A stretch of DNA of 64,000 nucleotides from Sphaerodactylus townsendi. Taxonomy: Eukaryota. A program made the position numbers and the translations under genes. Location of the stretch: assembly GCF_021028975.2 (NCBI RefSeq), contig NC_059426.1, forward strand, positions 72,788,001-72,852,000, read 5' to 3'. Below the pieces are notes generated by a model. The model had not been told where the DNA came from. It saw only the letters and a list, made by a program, of their open reading frames with translations, and ran no database searches. Below, one piece after another: positions 62,802-64,000 of the stretch. The stretch's first letter is position 1, and each line of letters starts with the position of its first letter.

Positions 62802-64000
62802 CTGTCAGACATCATAGAAGAGGAAAAGCACTGAACACTGAAGAGGTAGGGAAGGCACGGGAGAACCAGCCTGTTTCCTGACACTACATCCCCCCCCGCC
62901 CCTCTCTTTCCAGGCTCACACATAACCTCAACTTTTGCCCAAAGAAACTCCCATCTCTTGCAGTGTTAACAAAGGGTGGATTTTGCTGGCACATGAACAG
63001 AGGTCTTGGGCCTGACTTGGGTAAGTGTCAAGAAAGATCAGGTTATCTTCCTGCTATCATGGGAAATCAGTGTGGCATTATAACTGGTAGAGGTATTTAC
63101 AGTGATCTTGTGAGGTAGATCAACATGATTTCCATTTTGCAGACAGGAATTGAGAGCTTTTACCTCATCTAGAGTCACTTAGTGAATTCTTAGCTGAGGC
63201 AAAGTTTATTTACAGGATAACAGGATCAACAATATAAATAAGAATGTAATATTCTTTTTTATGTAAAAAACTTAACCAAAAAGAACTTCCACCCTTACTC
63301 ACAAAACCAATTACTGAGCATTGACTTTAAGATAAAATACTTCAAAAATGTATTTCATATGCTATTTTAGACCATGTCCCATTCTTGGGGGCTCAATAAA
63401 AATCACCCAAAAAGGTTCAAACCAGAAAGATCAAATCCTGTCACAGGTAATGTGCTGAACTCAGTTTAAGGAACAGTCAAAGAACCTCAAGAGGAATCAG
63501 AAAAGTTTCCTGACTGATGATAGGCAGTAGAAAGGAAGACAGGCAGTAGAAAGATCAGGAGAATACTGAACAACTCACTCCTAGATACAATGGCAACAAA
63601 AATAGAGATTTTCAATAAGTGAAGCCAGCATGCATCCTCAAAAAGGATACAAAGACAATTGGTCACACTGTGGTAGACAACAAGAAAAAATGTTTTTGGT
63701 TCTATTATAACACTAAATGGCATACCTGGCCAGAAAAACCCCGTTCCTGTGTACAGTTACATACAATAACTTTCAGCACTGCCTATTAGGGAATAACAGA
63801 ATCAAAAAGGATTGGTCTAGGATGGTTGAAAGCCAGAAAGACAGACATGAATCAAAATCTCATAGTTTTGACCTCCATCTTACCAAAGCTAATGAGAGTG
63901 AAACCTATGGAACAAATTCAACTAATTTGTGCCACAACGTATGTGAACTGAACTGGGCACATTTAAAATTATGTATGTCTATGAACTAATATTAAAGGTT

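Overview
Vertebrate genomic DNA, almost certainly a squamate reptile and probably a gecko, judged from Sauria/Squam-type SINEs, CR1 and hAT MITEs. It covers the block known from human 11q12: 3' half of TKFC/DAK (+), CYB561A3 (-), TMEM138 (+), TMEM216 (+) and the 3' half of CPSF7 (-). The standout is an intact 7-coding-exon, 493-aa fascin-family gene on the minus strand (CDS 40377-55214) between TMEM216 and CPSF7, where the human locus has no fascin. It is not at the known FSCN1, FSCN2 or FSCN3 positions, lacks both classical regulatory serines (S39 and S274 equivalents), and has RFX X-box-like motifs upstream, as do the neighbouring ciliary transition-zone genes. Also present: a young solo LTR probably inside the CYB561A3 3'UTR, two long near-perfect inverted repeats beside the CpG-island promoters, a nested stack of transposons filling the TMEM138-TMEM216 intergenic space, and a 173-N assembly gap. 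Exon coordinates were assembled by hand from splice signals and reading-frame continuity; no database search was run.
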